Assembly (NCBI GenBank): GCA_031291075.1
Contig: JARLJS010000046.1
Span: 2,386 to 66,385, forward strand
DNA from: Nevskia sp.
GTDB taxonomy: Bacteria > Pseudomonadota > Gammaproteobacteria > Nevskiales > Nevskiaceae
DNA length: 64,000 bases
Direction of reading: 5' to 3'
In this document: positions 20,104 through 29,147 of the stretch, piece after piece
Numbering within the stretch: position 1 is the stretch's first letter
Layout of the letters: each line of letters starts with the position of its first letter
The notes under the pieces: model-generated
What the model saw: the letters and a program-made list of their open reading frames with translations, nothing else
Database searches by the model: none
What the model was told of the DNA's origin: nothing
Program-made: the position numbers and the translations under genes

Positions 20104-20157
20104 TTGTGGCTGAATACAGGCGGCCTTATAATCATTCCGGCGTTTAGGAATGATTAT
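20104..20157 (+). promoter_or_regulatory. Sigma70 promoter with overlapping operator for the DUF433-PIN operon
   Basis: TTGTGG (20104-09), 17-bp spacer, TATAAT (20127-32); perfect IR ATAATCATTCC-N8-GGAATGATTAT (20128-20157). Confidence 0.75.
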
Positions 20158-20173
20158 TTGCCGGGTGACCGAT

Positions 20174-20842
20174 ATGCCCGCTTTACATAGCTGGATTCCG
20201 TCGACTGAAGTCGCGTTCATCGCGCAATTGAGCGACAAGGAGATCAACCGCGCGGTCGATGAAGACGTACTGCCCACGACGCTCTACCAGCGAACGGACG
20301 GGCGGCGCTTTGCCCGCATCACCGCGGTGTTCGCCAAGTTCTATTTCGACGCGGCCGAGCAGCTCACGCGGACTCTGCGCCGCGAGGTGATCGAAACGCT
20401 CACCTCGCGCCTGATGCAAAGACCTGATCACGATGCCGTGCTGGAACTCGGTGTCTGGAATGTGCCCATGGACTGGAAGGTCCAGTTGCAGTTCGGATGG
20501 ATTGATCTGGAGCGATTCGTCAAATTGTCGAAAGCGCGGGCGGCGCGCCTCGATCGCGCACACCGAACTGTGGTTGAGGATTCCGGAATTTTGGGCGGGA
20601 TGCCGGTGTTTGCCGGAACGCGCATTCCGATCGAAGCGGTATTGGCCTCCAAAAACGCAGGCATGAGCGCGGAAAGTATCGCCGAATCCTATCCGTCGGT
20701 GACCCCGGAGCAGATCGATGACGCCGAAGCGTATCTGGAGGCCCATCCGCGCCGCGGCCGGCCTCGCAAGCGTCTGGATGAATCCAGTCCCCATTGGCGA
20801 AGGATCAGTCATAAGGTCGTCGTGCCGCCAAAAACGGCATGA
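20174..20842 (+). CDS. DUF433-domain antitoxin/DNA-binding protein
   Basis: 'ILGGMPVFAGTRIPIEAV...G.S.E.I.ESYP.VT.EQI..A..Y' DUF433 signature. Confidence 0.88.
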   Translation: MPALHSWIPSTEVAFIAQLSDKEINRAVDEDVLPTTLYQRTDGRRFARITAVFAKFYFDAAEQLTRTLRREVIETLTSRLMQRPDHDAVLELGVWNVPMDWKVQLQFGWIDLERFVKLSKARAARLDRAHRTVVEDSGILGGMPVFAGTRIPIEAVLASKNAGMSAESIAESYPSVTPEQIDDAEAYLEAHPRRGRPRKRLDESSPHWRRISHKVVVPPKTA

Positions 20843-21264
20843 GCTACAAACTGCTGATCGACGAATGCCTGTCCCCCAAGCTAGTGGTACTGGCACGCGC
20901 GGCGGGCCATCATGAGTCCACCTGCGTCCGTGACCGCGGCTGGCAGGGCCAGCAAGACCATACGTTAATGCGGAATGTAGTCGACGAAGACTTCACCTTG
21001 GTTACGCACAACGCCATCGATTTCCGGGGCCCTGGGGTGCCGTCACTCGGAGGGCTGCACAACCGCTAGCCAATCCACGCAGGACTGATCTGCCTGGCCT
21101 CGGCATATCCGCTGGACATCGGTCGACAGCAGAGAATCTTCGGCCAGATACTGGTGGAACTGCAGCAACTGGACGACCTGATCAACCAGGCGCTGGACGT
21201 TTACGAAAACGAGGACGGTTCATTGTCGATCAGTCTATACCGGATTCCGGATGGGGATATTTGA
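20839..21264 (+). pseudogene. PIN-like (DUF5615/VapC45-type) toxin interrupted by in-frame TAG at 21067-21069
   Basis: 'LLIDECLSP', 'D..L', 'LVT.N..DF'. After the TAG the same frame continues 'PIHAGLICL...DDLINQALDV...' to TGA 21262-21264. Confidence 0.8.
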
Positions 21265-21314
21265 TTGGCGGAGCAGGAATTCCGCTTGGTCGATCTCAGG
21301 AGCGGTGTGACATC

Positions 21315-21415
21315 GTTCCTGCTCGCGGCGCAGCGGCCGCAACTCGCGCAACGGCCGGGCCCGCGGTTCTGGCAAGGCTTTGCCGAGAGCTACCTCGCAG
21401 CGCTATGCCACATTC
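21315..21415 (+). repeat. Direct-repeat copy of SNF2 5' segment (second copy 22339-22439)
   Basis: Ungapped 101-bp alignment with 8 mismatches, counted by hand. Confidence 0.9.
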
Positions 21416-21493
21416 TGGGCCGGGTCCGCTGAGTCTGTGGCAGAAAGGCACCCGGCTGCCTTAAACTGGATGCGTATCGAGGATCCCACTGTC

Positions 21494-21691
21494 ATGGCAA
21501 ACAGCGCCCCCACGCTCAAGCAGAAAGCCCACGAGCTGATCGACCAGCTCCCGGAGAACGCGACCTGGCGCGATGTGGCGTACCGCGCGGCCGTGCGCGC
21601 CGACATCGAGGCGGGCCTCGCGGACAGCGCCGCCAACCGAGTCACGCCGGTCGAAGAGATCCTCAAGGAACTCGGCCTGGCCGACGAATGA
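21494..21691 (+). CDS. Small antitoxin of a RelE/ParE TA pair
   Basis: 65 aa, acidic 'IEAGLAD....RV...EE'; the stop overlaps the toxin start (ATGA). Confidence 0.8.
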   Translation: MANSAPTLKQKAHELIDQLPENATWRDVAYRAAVRADIEAGLADSAANRVTPVEEILKELGLADE

Positions 21692-21990
21692 AGGTTGTCT
21701 GGACCGACCGCGCCAAGCAACGCCTATGGGAAATCCAGGCATATATCGCACAGGACGCGCCGCGGGTGGCGCCGAAAGTGGTACGCCGCCTGGTGCTGCG
21801 TTCGCGCCAGCTCGCCACATTGCCGCGGTCGGGGCGTGTCGTGCCCGAGTATCAGCGCGACGACATCCGCGAGCTGCTGGAACGACCCTACCGCATCATC
21901 TACTTGGTGCTGGCCGAGCAGCGGCGCATCGATGTGCTCACGGTGCGTCACTACCGACAATTGTTGCCCGGCGATCTGGCAGAGCTGTAG
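21688..21990 (+). CDS. RelE/ParE-family toxin
   Basis: 'MKVVWT..A...L.EI..YIA.D.P..A', 'P..GR.VPEY....IRE.....YRIIY', 'V.H'. Confidence 0.9.
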   Translation: MKVVWTDRAKQRLWEIQAYIAQDAPRVAPKVVRRLVLRSRQLATLPRSGRVVPEYQRDDIRELLERPYRIIYLVLAEQRRIDVLTVRHYRQLLPGDLAEL

Positions 21991-22216
21991 CTGAATGCCG
22001 CGTGAGTTTTTGCTCAGATGGCGAATGCCTTTACGCGTGAGCGCGGCGAACCGATTACGCAGAAGCAGTCGATTCGTCGTCAACATGGCACAGGGATTTC
22101 CTTTCGAGCCTTTTGGAGCCGCCCTCCTGGGCGACGACTTCAGCCCTTTGAGGGGCACGGCCTTTACCCGTTAAGCCCCCTTCCATTACCCCTTCTTCAC
22201 CAGTCCCTTTGCCTCG

Positions 22217-24886
22217 ATGCCAGAAATCCGTCTCACTCCCGCAGGTAGCCTGAGCTGGAGCGAGTCCGACCCGGCTGCGCCCCAGGATTTTGACGGGGCC
22301 CCCGGCGTCGCGTTCGCCGCCGACTGGCGCCAGGGCCTGTTCCTGCTCGCGGCCCGGCGGCCGCAACTCGCGCAATGGCCAGGCCCACGGTTCTGGCAAG
22401 GCTTTGCCGAAAGCTACCTCGCGACGCTATGCCACATTCCTCCGGGCTCGGACAATACCGTTCCACAGGTGCCCGCGCCCGCCGAGCTGGAATCGCGGAT
22501 CTTGACCGCGCCGCCGCTGCCGGGCGGCGAATACCTCACGGCGGAACGGCTGCGGCAAATCTGGGATGCTCTGGACGCCTGGGTGCAGCAGGCACTGGCC
22601 GAGGACGGCGGGCTCGAACGCTTCATCGAGAAACGCGCCGCGAAGTGGCGCCAGGTCGGGCGCGTCTGCCTGCACTTGGCAGAAAACCGCAACGACCCGC
22701 AGCGGCCGTTCGCGTTCATGGCAAGTTATACCACCGGCTTTGGCGGCAGCGGCGGGCTGCGGCATCTTCCGCTCGGTAAGGCCCTGGAACAGTACGCCGG
22801 CGCGAAAAACCGCCAGGCGCTGGTCCGCCTGCTGACGCCGCTGCAATCCGCCGGCGAGCGTTGCGATTGGCTGCGACATCTGGTCGACAGCCGCGAAATC
22901 TTCCAGCCGACGGCCTGGACCGCATCGCAAGCATACCGGCTGCTCACGAGCGTCCCACAGCTGGAGGACAGCGGACTCACCGTGCGCCTGCCGGATTGGT
23001 GGAAGAGCCGGCCCCGCCCGCAGGTGAAGGTCAACATCGACCGCAGGGACCCCGCCCGGCTCGGCCTGGACGCGATGCTGGATTTCGACGTGAGCGTGGC
23101 GCTCGGCGACCAGACGCTGACACCGCACGAGATAAAAGCGCTGCTGGAGAGCGGCGAGCGCCTGGTCCTGCTCAAGGGCCAATGGGTGGAAGTGGACCGC
23201 GACAAGCTCCGCCAGGCGCTGGACCACTGGCGCATCGTGGAACGGCAGGCGCGAGACGGGCAAATTTCCTTCATCGAGGGCATGCGCCTGCTGGCAGGCG
23301 CTCCGGCCGGCTTGCGCGAGGAACCGCAGGCCGAAGCGGAGCGTGAATGGCTGCATGTGCAAGCCGGCGCCGGGCTCAGCCGGCTGATGGAGGGCCTGCG
23401 CGATCCTGCCCGGCTGCAGGCGATCGACGCCGGCGACGCGCTGAAAGCCACGTTGCGCCCTTATCAGCGCCAGGGCGTGAACTGGTTGCACTTCCTCGCC
23501 GGACTGGGCCTGGGCGCCTGCCTGGCCGACGATATGGGTCTGGGCAAGACCCTGCAGGTGCTGGCGCTGCTGCTGTGCCTTCGCCGCAACGAGGGCGGCC
23601 CTTCGCTGTTGATCGTTCCGGCCTCGCTGCTGGCGAATTGGCGCGCCGAGGCGCAGCGTTTTGCGCCTTCCCTCAAACTCGCCTTCCTGCACCCCGCGGA
23701 AGGCGAAAAGGCCGCGCTGGAGCAAATTGCCGCCGCGCCGCGGGAGGAACTTGCCGGCAGCGACCTCGCGGTGACCAGCTACTCCATGCTGCACCGCCAG
23801 CCATGGCTGCGGGAGGTGACTTGGCGGTTCGTGATCCTGGACGAGGCGCAGGCGATCAGGAACGCCGAAACCCGGCAGAGCAAGCTGGTCAAGCAACTGC
23901 CGGCGCAGGCGCGCATCGCGCTCACCGGCACGCCGGTTGAAAACAGGCTCGGCGATCTATGGTCTTTATTCGATTTTCTGAACCCCGGACTGCTCGGCGG
24001 CGCCGCCGTGTTCAAATCCTTCGTCAAGCGCTTGGAGGCCGGCGACACGCCATCCTACGCGCCGCTGCGCAAGCTCGTGGGCCCATACATCCTGCGCCGG
24101 ATGAAGACCGACCGCACGATCATCGCCGATCTGCCGGACAAGATCGAAGCGCCCTGCTACTGCGGGCTTTCCAAGACGCAGGCGCGGCTGTATCAGCAGA
24201 CGGTGGACGGCATGCGCCAGGCGCTTGACCGCCTGCAAGGCATCGAGCGCCGTGGGCTGGTATTGCAAACACTGATGCGGCTCAAACAGATCTGCAACCA
24301 CCCCAGCCAGCTCACCGGAGACGGTGACTACGCCGCGGCCGACAGCGGCAAATTCCAGCGCCTGGCGGAGATCGGCGAGGAACTGGCCGAGCGCCAGGAC
24401 CGCGTGCTGGTCTTCACCCAGTTCCGCGAAGTGATCGATCCGCTGATGCAGCACCTCGCGGCGATCTTCGGCCGGCCGGGCCTGAGCCTGCACGGCGGCA
24501 CCGCGGTTTCGGCGCGGCGGAGCATCGTCGAGCGCTTCCAGGCGGACGACGGCCCGCCGTTCCTGGTGCTTTCCTTGAAAGCCGGCGGCACCGGCCTTAC
24601 GCTCACCGCCGCGAGTCACGTGATTCACTTCGACCGCTGGTGGAACCCGGCGGTGGAAAACCAGGCTACCGACCGCGCGTTCCGCATCGGTCAGAAGCGC
24701 AACGTGCTTGTGCACAAGTTCGTCACGCGCGGCACCGTAGAGGAAAGGATCGATGCGATGATCGCGGACAAGCGCAAGCTCACCGAGGAACTGCTGGGCG
24801 GCGAGGGGGAGGTGAATCTCACCGAGCTTTCCGACGAAGCGCTGCTGCAGCTGGTCAGGCTGGACGTGAACCGCGCCATGGGCTGA
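22217..24886 (+). CDS. SNF2/SWI2-family ATPase
   Basis: 'LRPYQ..G..WL', 'LADDMGLGKT', 'DEAQ', 'LTGTPVENR', 'DRWWNPAVENQATDRAFRIGQ'. Confidence 0.95.
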   Translation: MPEIRLTPAGSLSWSESDPAAPQDFDGAPGVAFAADWRQGLFLLAARRPQLAQWPGPRFWQGFAESYLATLCHIPPGSDNTVPQVPAPAELESRILTAPPLPGGEYLTAERLRQIWDALDAWVQQALAEDGGLERFIEKRAAKWRQVGRVCLHLAENRNDPQRPFAFMASYTTGFGGSGGLRHLPLGKALEQYAGAKNRQALVRLLTPLQSAGERCDWLRHLVDSREIFQPTAWTASQAYRLLTSVPQLEDSGLTVRLPDWWKSRPRPQVKVNIDRRDPARLGLDAMLDFDVSVALGDQTLTPHEIKALLESGERLVLLKGQWVEVDRDKLRQALDHWRIVERQARDGQISFIEGMRLLAGAPAGLREEPQAEAEREWLHVQAGAGLSRLMEGLRDPARLQAIDAGDALKATLRPYQRQGVNWLHFLAGLGLGACLADDMGLGKTLQVLALLLCLRRNEGGPSLLIVPASLLANWRAEAQRFAPSLKLAFLHPAEGEKAALEQIAAAPREELAGSDLAVTSYSMLHRQPWLREVTWRFVILDEAQAIRNAETRQSKLVKQLPAQARIALTGTPVENRLGDLWSLFDFLNPGLLGGAAVFKSFVKRLEAGDTPSYAPLRKLVGPYILRRMKTDRTIIADLPDKIEAPCYCGLSKTQARLYQQTVDGMRQALDRLQGIERRGLVLQTLMRLKQICNHPSQLTGDGDYAAADSGKFQRLAEIGEELAERQDRVLVFTQFREVIDPLMQHLAAIFGRPGLSLHGGTAVSARRSIVERFQADDGPPFLVLSLKAGGTGLTLTAASHVIHFDRWWNPAVENQATDRAFRIGQKRNVLVHKFVTRGTVEERIDAMIADKRKLTEELLGGEGEVNLTELSDEALLQLVRLDVNRAMG

Positions 24887-24905
24887 TGCCCGAAAGGACC
24901 TTCGC

Positions 24906-25916
24906 ATGTCGTTCTACAGCTGGAAGCCCTACGTCCCCGTCGCCAAGCGGCGCGCCGATACCGAGCGGGCAATCAAGCGGCTCGGAAAGGCCGGCCAAAT
25001 TGACCCGGTGCGCATCCAGGGCCGCACCATCGCCAGCAGCTTCTGGGGCAAGGGCTGGTGCACGCACCTGGAAAAGCACTCCGATTTCGAAAACCGCCTG
25101 CCGCGCGGCCGCACGTACGTACGCAACGGTTCCGTCTGCCACTTGGCGGTGAACGCCGGCCGCATCGAGGCGCGCGTCGCCGGCTCGCAGCTGTATGATG
25201 TTGTCATACAGATCGGCGCACTCAAGCCGGCCGCCTGGCAGGCATTGAAGAAAAAGTGCGCGGGCCAGGTCGGCTCCCTGCTGGAGCTGCTGCAAGGCGA
25301 GCTGTCCAGCCAGGTGATGAGCGTGGTCACCGACCGCGATACCGGGCTTTTCCCCCAGCCCGGGGAAATGAAGTTCGATTGCAGCTGCCCCGACTGGGCG
25401 GACATGTGCAAGCATGTCGCCGCGGTGCTTTATGGCGTCGGCAATCGGCTCGACCGGCAGCCGGCGCTGCTGTTCCAGCTGCGCGGCGTCGATGCCTCGG
25501 AACTGATCGCGGAAAGCCTCAATGCAAGCGGCCCCGCCACGGCACCCGTGGCGAACCGGCTCGCGGACGACGCACTGGGCGGAATCTTCGGCATCGAATT
25601 CGATGAGGGCGCTCCCTCGGCCGTGGCCGAGCCCGGCCCGAAGTCGGTGCCGCCACGCCGGCGGAAAAAGTCCGCCGCCCCGGCCAAAACACCGAAGCCC
25701 TCGCCGCGCGGCAAAGGCAAGCCCGCCCCATTCCGCGCTTCGGCCCAATCGATTGGGCGGCTACGCAAACGACTGGGATTTTCGGTGGCGGAGTTCGCCC
25801 GGCAGCTGGAGGTATCTCCCGCCAGCGTCAGCCGCTGGGAAGCCGAACGAGGACCGCTGAAGCTGCAGGCCCGCTGTCTGGCGGCATTGGATGAGATCTA
25901 CCAGACGGCGGAATAG
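24906..25916 (+). CDS. SWIM zinc-finger protein with C-terminal XRE-type HTH
   Basis: 'CSCPDWADMCKHVAA' SWIM motif; C-terminal 'LRKRLGFSVAEFARQLEVSPASVSRWE'. Confidence 0.88.
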   Translation: MSFYSWKPYVPVAKRRADTERAIKRLGKAGQIDPVRIQGRTIASSFWGKGWCTHLEKHSDFENRLPRGRTYVRNGSVCHLAVNAGRIEARVAGSQLYDVVIQIGALKPAAWQALKKKCAGQVGSLLELLQGELSSQVMSVVTDRDTGLFPQPGEMKFDCSCPDWADMCKHVAAVLYGVGNRLDRQPALLFQLRGVDASELIAESLNASGPATAPVANRLADDALGGIFGIEFDEGAPSAVAEPGPKSVPPRRRKKSAAPAKTPKPSPRGKGKPAPFRASAQSIGRLRKRLGFSVAEFARQLEVSPASVSRWEAERGPLKLQARCLAALDEIYQTAE

Positions 25917-26144
25917 AACGGAAGGCTGTGCCCGTGCTGACCTGATCGCGCCATCGGTCAGCGCAGGGGCGCACCCCCTGCACCCCTTAACAATGAGTGC
26001 ATGCTCGTATTCGCCCTGAAGCGATTGCCCAGGGAATCCACGTCTGGACTTCTGACACTGGCCATCGCCTCCGCCTCCGGCAATGAGCTCAGGCTCATAC
26101 AGGCATTGCACGCTCTGCACACCCCCTGTGTACGGAGCCCAGTC

Positions 26145-26603
26145 ATGGGAAGGAAGCGCTGTGCATCCTGCGGCCAGCCGTTTCGGCCGCGCCCCCATAT
26201 TCCGCAACAGCGATACTGCCCGGAACCCGCCTGCCAGCGCGAACGTCGCCGACAATGGCAGCAGACCAAACGCCTGCGCGATCCCGAGTATCGGGACAAC
26301 GAAGCGAAGGCCCGACGCGCCTGGGGCCAACGAAATCCGGACTACTGGCGCGATTACCGCCGCTCGCATCCCGAGTATGTCGCCCGCAACCGGGCCGGGC
26401 AAAGCCTTCGCAACGGTAATCGGCGCGGCGGCCTGATTGCAAACGGGGACGCGAGAACGCGTGATTCCCGTGTCCCTTCAGGCATCTATCAGCTGCGCCC
26501 CGTGGCGGCGTTTATTGCAAATGGGGACGTATGTACGGTTGAAATCGTTCTACTTTCAATTGGAACCGCCTTTTCGCCTCATTGCAAAGAGAGAACTTTA
26601 TAG
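26145..26603 (+). CDS. Arg-rich hypothetical protein with CxxC...CxxxxC zinc-binding-like motif
   Basis: 'RCASCGQPF...QRYCPEPAC'; lies directly upstream of the serine recombinase. Confidence 0.65.
   Translation: MGRKRCASCGQPFRPRPHIPQQRYCPEPACQRERRRQWQQTKRLRDPEYRDNEAKARRAWGQRNPDYWRDYRRSHPEYVARNRAGQSLRNGNRRGGLIANGDARTRDSRVPSGIYQLRPVAAFIANGDVCTVEIVLLSIGTAFSPHCKERTL
26436..26596 (+). repeat. Three ATTGCAAA-initiated direct repeats
   Basis: ATTGCAAACGGGGACG (26436), ATTGCAAATGGGGACG (26514), ATTGCAAAGAGAGAAC (26581). Confidence 0.6.
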
Positions 26604-26679
26604 GTGCTCGTTTCCGCGGCTGTTAGTGTCGATGCCTGCAAATCAGGATCGCTGCGGAGAAGACGGCGTGAGGGACAGC

Positions 26680-28248
26680 ATGGACAAATCCGGCCCAGAC
26701 GGACCCGCCGCGAAACCCGCGGCGTTCCGCGCTGCCGAGTACGTTCGGATGTCGACCGAACACCAGCAATACTCGACCGAGAACCAGGGCGACGCGATTC
26801 GCGAGTACGCCGCCCGGCGCGGCATCGAAATCGTCCGCACTTACGCCGACGCCGGCAAAAGCGGCCTGCGGATCGACGGCAGACAGGCCCTGCAGCGGCT
26901 GATCCGGGATGTCGAAGCCGGTACCGCCGATTTCCAGATCATCCTGGTCTACGACGTCAGTCGCTGGGGACGGTTTCAGGACGCCGACGAGAGCGCGTAT
27001 TACGAGTACATCTGCCGCCGTGCTGGCATCCAGGTGGCCTACTGTGCCGAGCAATTCGAGAACGATGGCTCCCCGGTGTCTACCATTGTCAAAGGAGTCA
27101 AACGCGCCATGGCCGGCGAATACAGCAGGGAGCTGTCGGCCAAGGTCTTTGCCGGCCAGTGCCGGCTGATCGAGCTCGGGTACCGGCAGGGCGGTCCGGC
27201 CGGCTACGGCTTGCGACGGGTCCTCGTCGACCAGCACGGGGATATCAAGGCCGAATTGACTCGCGGCGAGCACAAAAGCCTGCAGACCGACCGAGTCATT
27301 CTGGTGCCGGGTCCCGACGTCGAGGTCGACATCGTCAATCGCATCTACCGGTGGTTCATCGACGATGGATTGGTCGAGTCCGGAATCGCCCAGCGCCTGA
27401 ATGATTTGAAAGTGCTCACCGACCTGGGACGAAGCTGGACCCGTGCCACCGTACACGAGGTTCTTACCAACGAAAAATACATCGGCCACAACGTCTACAA
27501 CCGGACGTCGTTCAAGCTCAAGAAGCTGCGGGTGGTGAATGCTCCCGACATGTGGATTCGGAAGGAAAGCGCCTTCGCGGCTATCGTTCCGCCGGCGGTG
27601 TTCTATACGGCGCAAGGTATTATCCGAGCGCGAGCGCGCCGCTACAGTGACGAGGAACTGATCGAGCGGCTGCGCACCTTGCACCAGCAGCACGGCGTCT
27701 TGTCCGGCCTGATCATCGACGAAACGGACGGCATGCCCTCCTCGTCCGTTTACGCCCATCGCTTCGGCAGCCTGATCCGGGCCTATGAGAGGGTCGGCTA
27801 TATGCCGGACCGGGATTACCGTTACCTGGAGGTCAATCGGATTCTCCGGCGCCTGTATCCGGACATCGTCGCCCAAACCGAGCGGCAGATCGCCGACGTG
27901 GGCGGCGGAGTTGTTCGGGACGCGGCCACCGACCTGCTGCGGGTCAACGGCGAGTTTGACGTGTCGTTGGTACTGGCCCGCTGCCACAACGTGGGATCGG
28001 GAGGAAGCCGATGGAAGGTCCGCTTCGATACGGGTCTGGCACCGGACATCACCGTGGCGGTCCGGCTCAACGACACCAACCAGGCGCCGCTCGATTATTA
28101 CTTGTTGCCGCGTCTCGATTTCGGGACCGGACGTCCCGGCCTGCGACTGGCGGACGACAACCCGATCGAATACGAGAGCTATCGCTTCGACACCCTGGAC
28201 TATTTATATGGAATGGCCGAGCGCGCACGGCTACGCAAGGCCGCATGA
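26680..28248 (+). CDS. Large serine recombinase family protein
   Basis: 'AAEYVRMSTEHQ' (catalytic Ser), 'YDVSRWGRFQ', recombinase domain 'GG.AGYGLRR', 'NEKYIG'. Confidence 0.92.
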   Translation: MDKSGPDGPAAKPAAFRAAEYVRMSTEHQQYSTENQGDAIREYAARRGIEIVRTYADAGKSGLRIDGRQALQRLIRDVEAGTADFQIILVYDVSRWGRFQDADESAYYEYICRRAGIQVAYCAEQFENDGSPVSTIVKGVKRAMAGEYSRELSAKVFAGQCRLIELGYRQGGPAGYGLRRVLVDQHGDIKAELTRGEHKSLQTDRVILVPGPDVEVDIVNRIYRWFIDDGLVESGIAQRLNDLKVLTDLGRSWTRATVHEVLTNEKYIGHNVYNRTSFKLKKLRVVNAPDMWIRKESAFAAIVPPAVFYTAQGIIRARARRYSDEELIERLRTLHQQHGVLSGLIIDETDGMPSSSVYAHRFGSLIRAYERVGYMPDRDYRYLEVNRILRRLYPDIVAQTERQIADVGGGVVRDAATDLLRVNGEFDVSLVLARCHNVGSGGSRWKVRFDTGLAPDITVAVRLNDTNQAPLDYYLLPRLDFGTGRPGLRLADDNPIEYESYRFDTLDYLYGMAERARLRKAA

Positions 28249-29147
28249 GCCCGACACCTCAGACCGGGGAGTTGCGGATGATTCCGGTGGACCGGATCGA
28301 GGTGCTTAATCCGCGCGAGCGCAAAGCCCGCGTGTTCGATACGATCGTCGACAACATTAAAACCATCGGTCTGAAGAAGCCGATCACTGTCACCCCGCGC
28401 CAAGCATCGGATGGCGGTGAGCGCTACTTGCTGGTTTGCGGTGAAGGGCGACTAAAAGCGTTCAAGGCGCTTGGCGAACCGGCAATTCCAGCGCTGGTGG
28501 TGTCGGTGAGCGACGAGGACGCATTCATCATGAGTCTCGTTGAAAATATCGCGCGCCGCCAGTTTCGCCCTTTGGAACTGCTTGCCGGCATCGTGGCGCT
28601 GCGCGACCAGGGTTACAGCCCGAAGGTCATTGCCACCAAGACGGGGCTGACGCCCGAGTACGTGTACGGCATTCTGAACCTGCTGAAGCAAGGCGAGGAG
28701 CGTTTACTGATCGCAGTCCAGAGCGGCAGGGTTCCCTTGTATGCCGCCTTGTCCATCGCCGGTGCCGGAGAATGCGACAAAGCGATTCAGGTGGCACTGC
28801 AGGATGCCTACGAATCCGGGAATTTGCGCGGCAGGCAGTTGATTGAGGCACGACGGCTTATCGAGCGGCGGCGCACCCTGGGGCGATCGGCCGCCCGGAA
28901 CACGCGCCGCGTACAGACGGATGTCACGCCTTCGAGCCTGGTCCGAACTTATCAGAAAGAGGTCGAGCGACAGAAAACGCTGGTGAAGAAGGCTGAGTTT
29001 GCGCAGCAGCGTCTGCTCTTCATTGTCGGCGCTTTTCGCGAACTGCTGGCCGATGAGCATTTCGTTACCCTGCTCCGCGCCGAACGTCTCGACACCTTGC
29101 CCAAATACTTGTCTGAGCGCATTGCGGCGATGGGGCATCCAGGATGA
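28245..29147 (+). CDS. ParB/RepB/Spo0J-like protein
   Basis: 'IGLKKPI.V', 'LVCGEGRL.A', 'SLVENIAR'; the start overlaps the recombinase stop. Confidence 0.88.
   Translation: MSPTPQTGELRMIPVDRIEVLNPRERKARVFDTIVDNIKTIGLKKPITVTPRQASDGGERYLLVCGEGRLKAFKALGEPAIPALVVSVSDEDAFIMSLVENIARRQFRPLELLAGIVALRDQGYSPKVIATKTGLTPEYVYGILNLLKQGEERLLIAVQSGRVPLYAALSIAGAGECDKAIQVALQDAYESGNLRGRQLIEARRLIERRRTLGRSAARNTRRVQTDVTPSSLVRTYQKEVERQKTLVKKAEFAQQRLLFIVGAFRELLADEHFVTLLRAERLDTLPKYLSERIAAMGHPG

Noticed and set aside
25936-25986. Two hairpins after the SWIM gene, the second resembling GGGG-CGCA-CCCC motifs near plasmid oriTs
   Set aside because: No recognisable nick sequence or classical relaxase; more simply terminator-like.
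26436-26596. CRISPR interpretation of the ATTGCAAA repeats
   Set aside because: Only 8-16 bp conserved, unequal long spacers, lies within an ORF, and no cas genes. No CRISPR array was found in the window.
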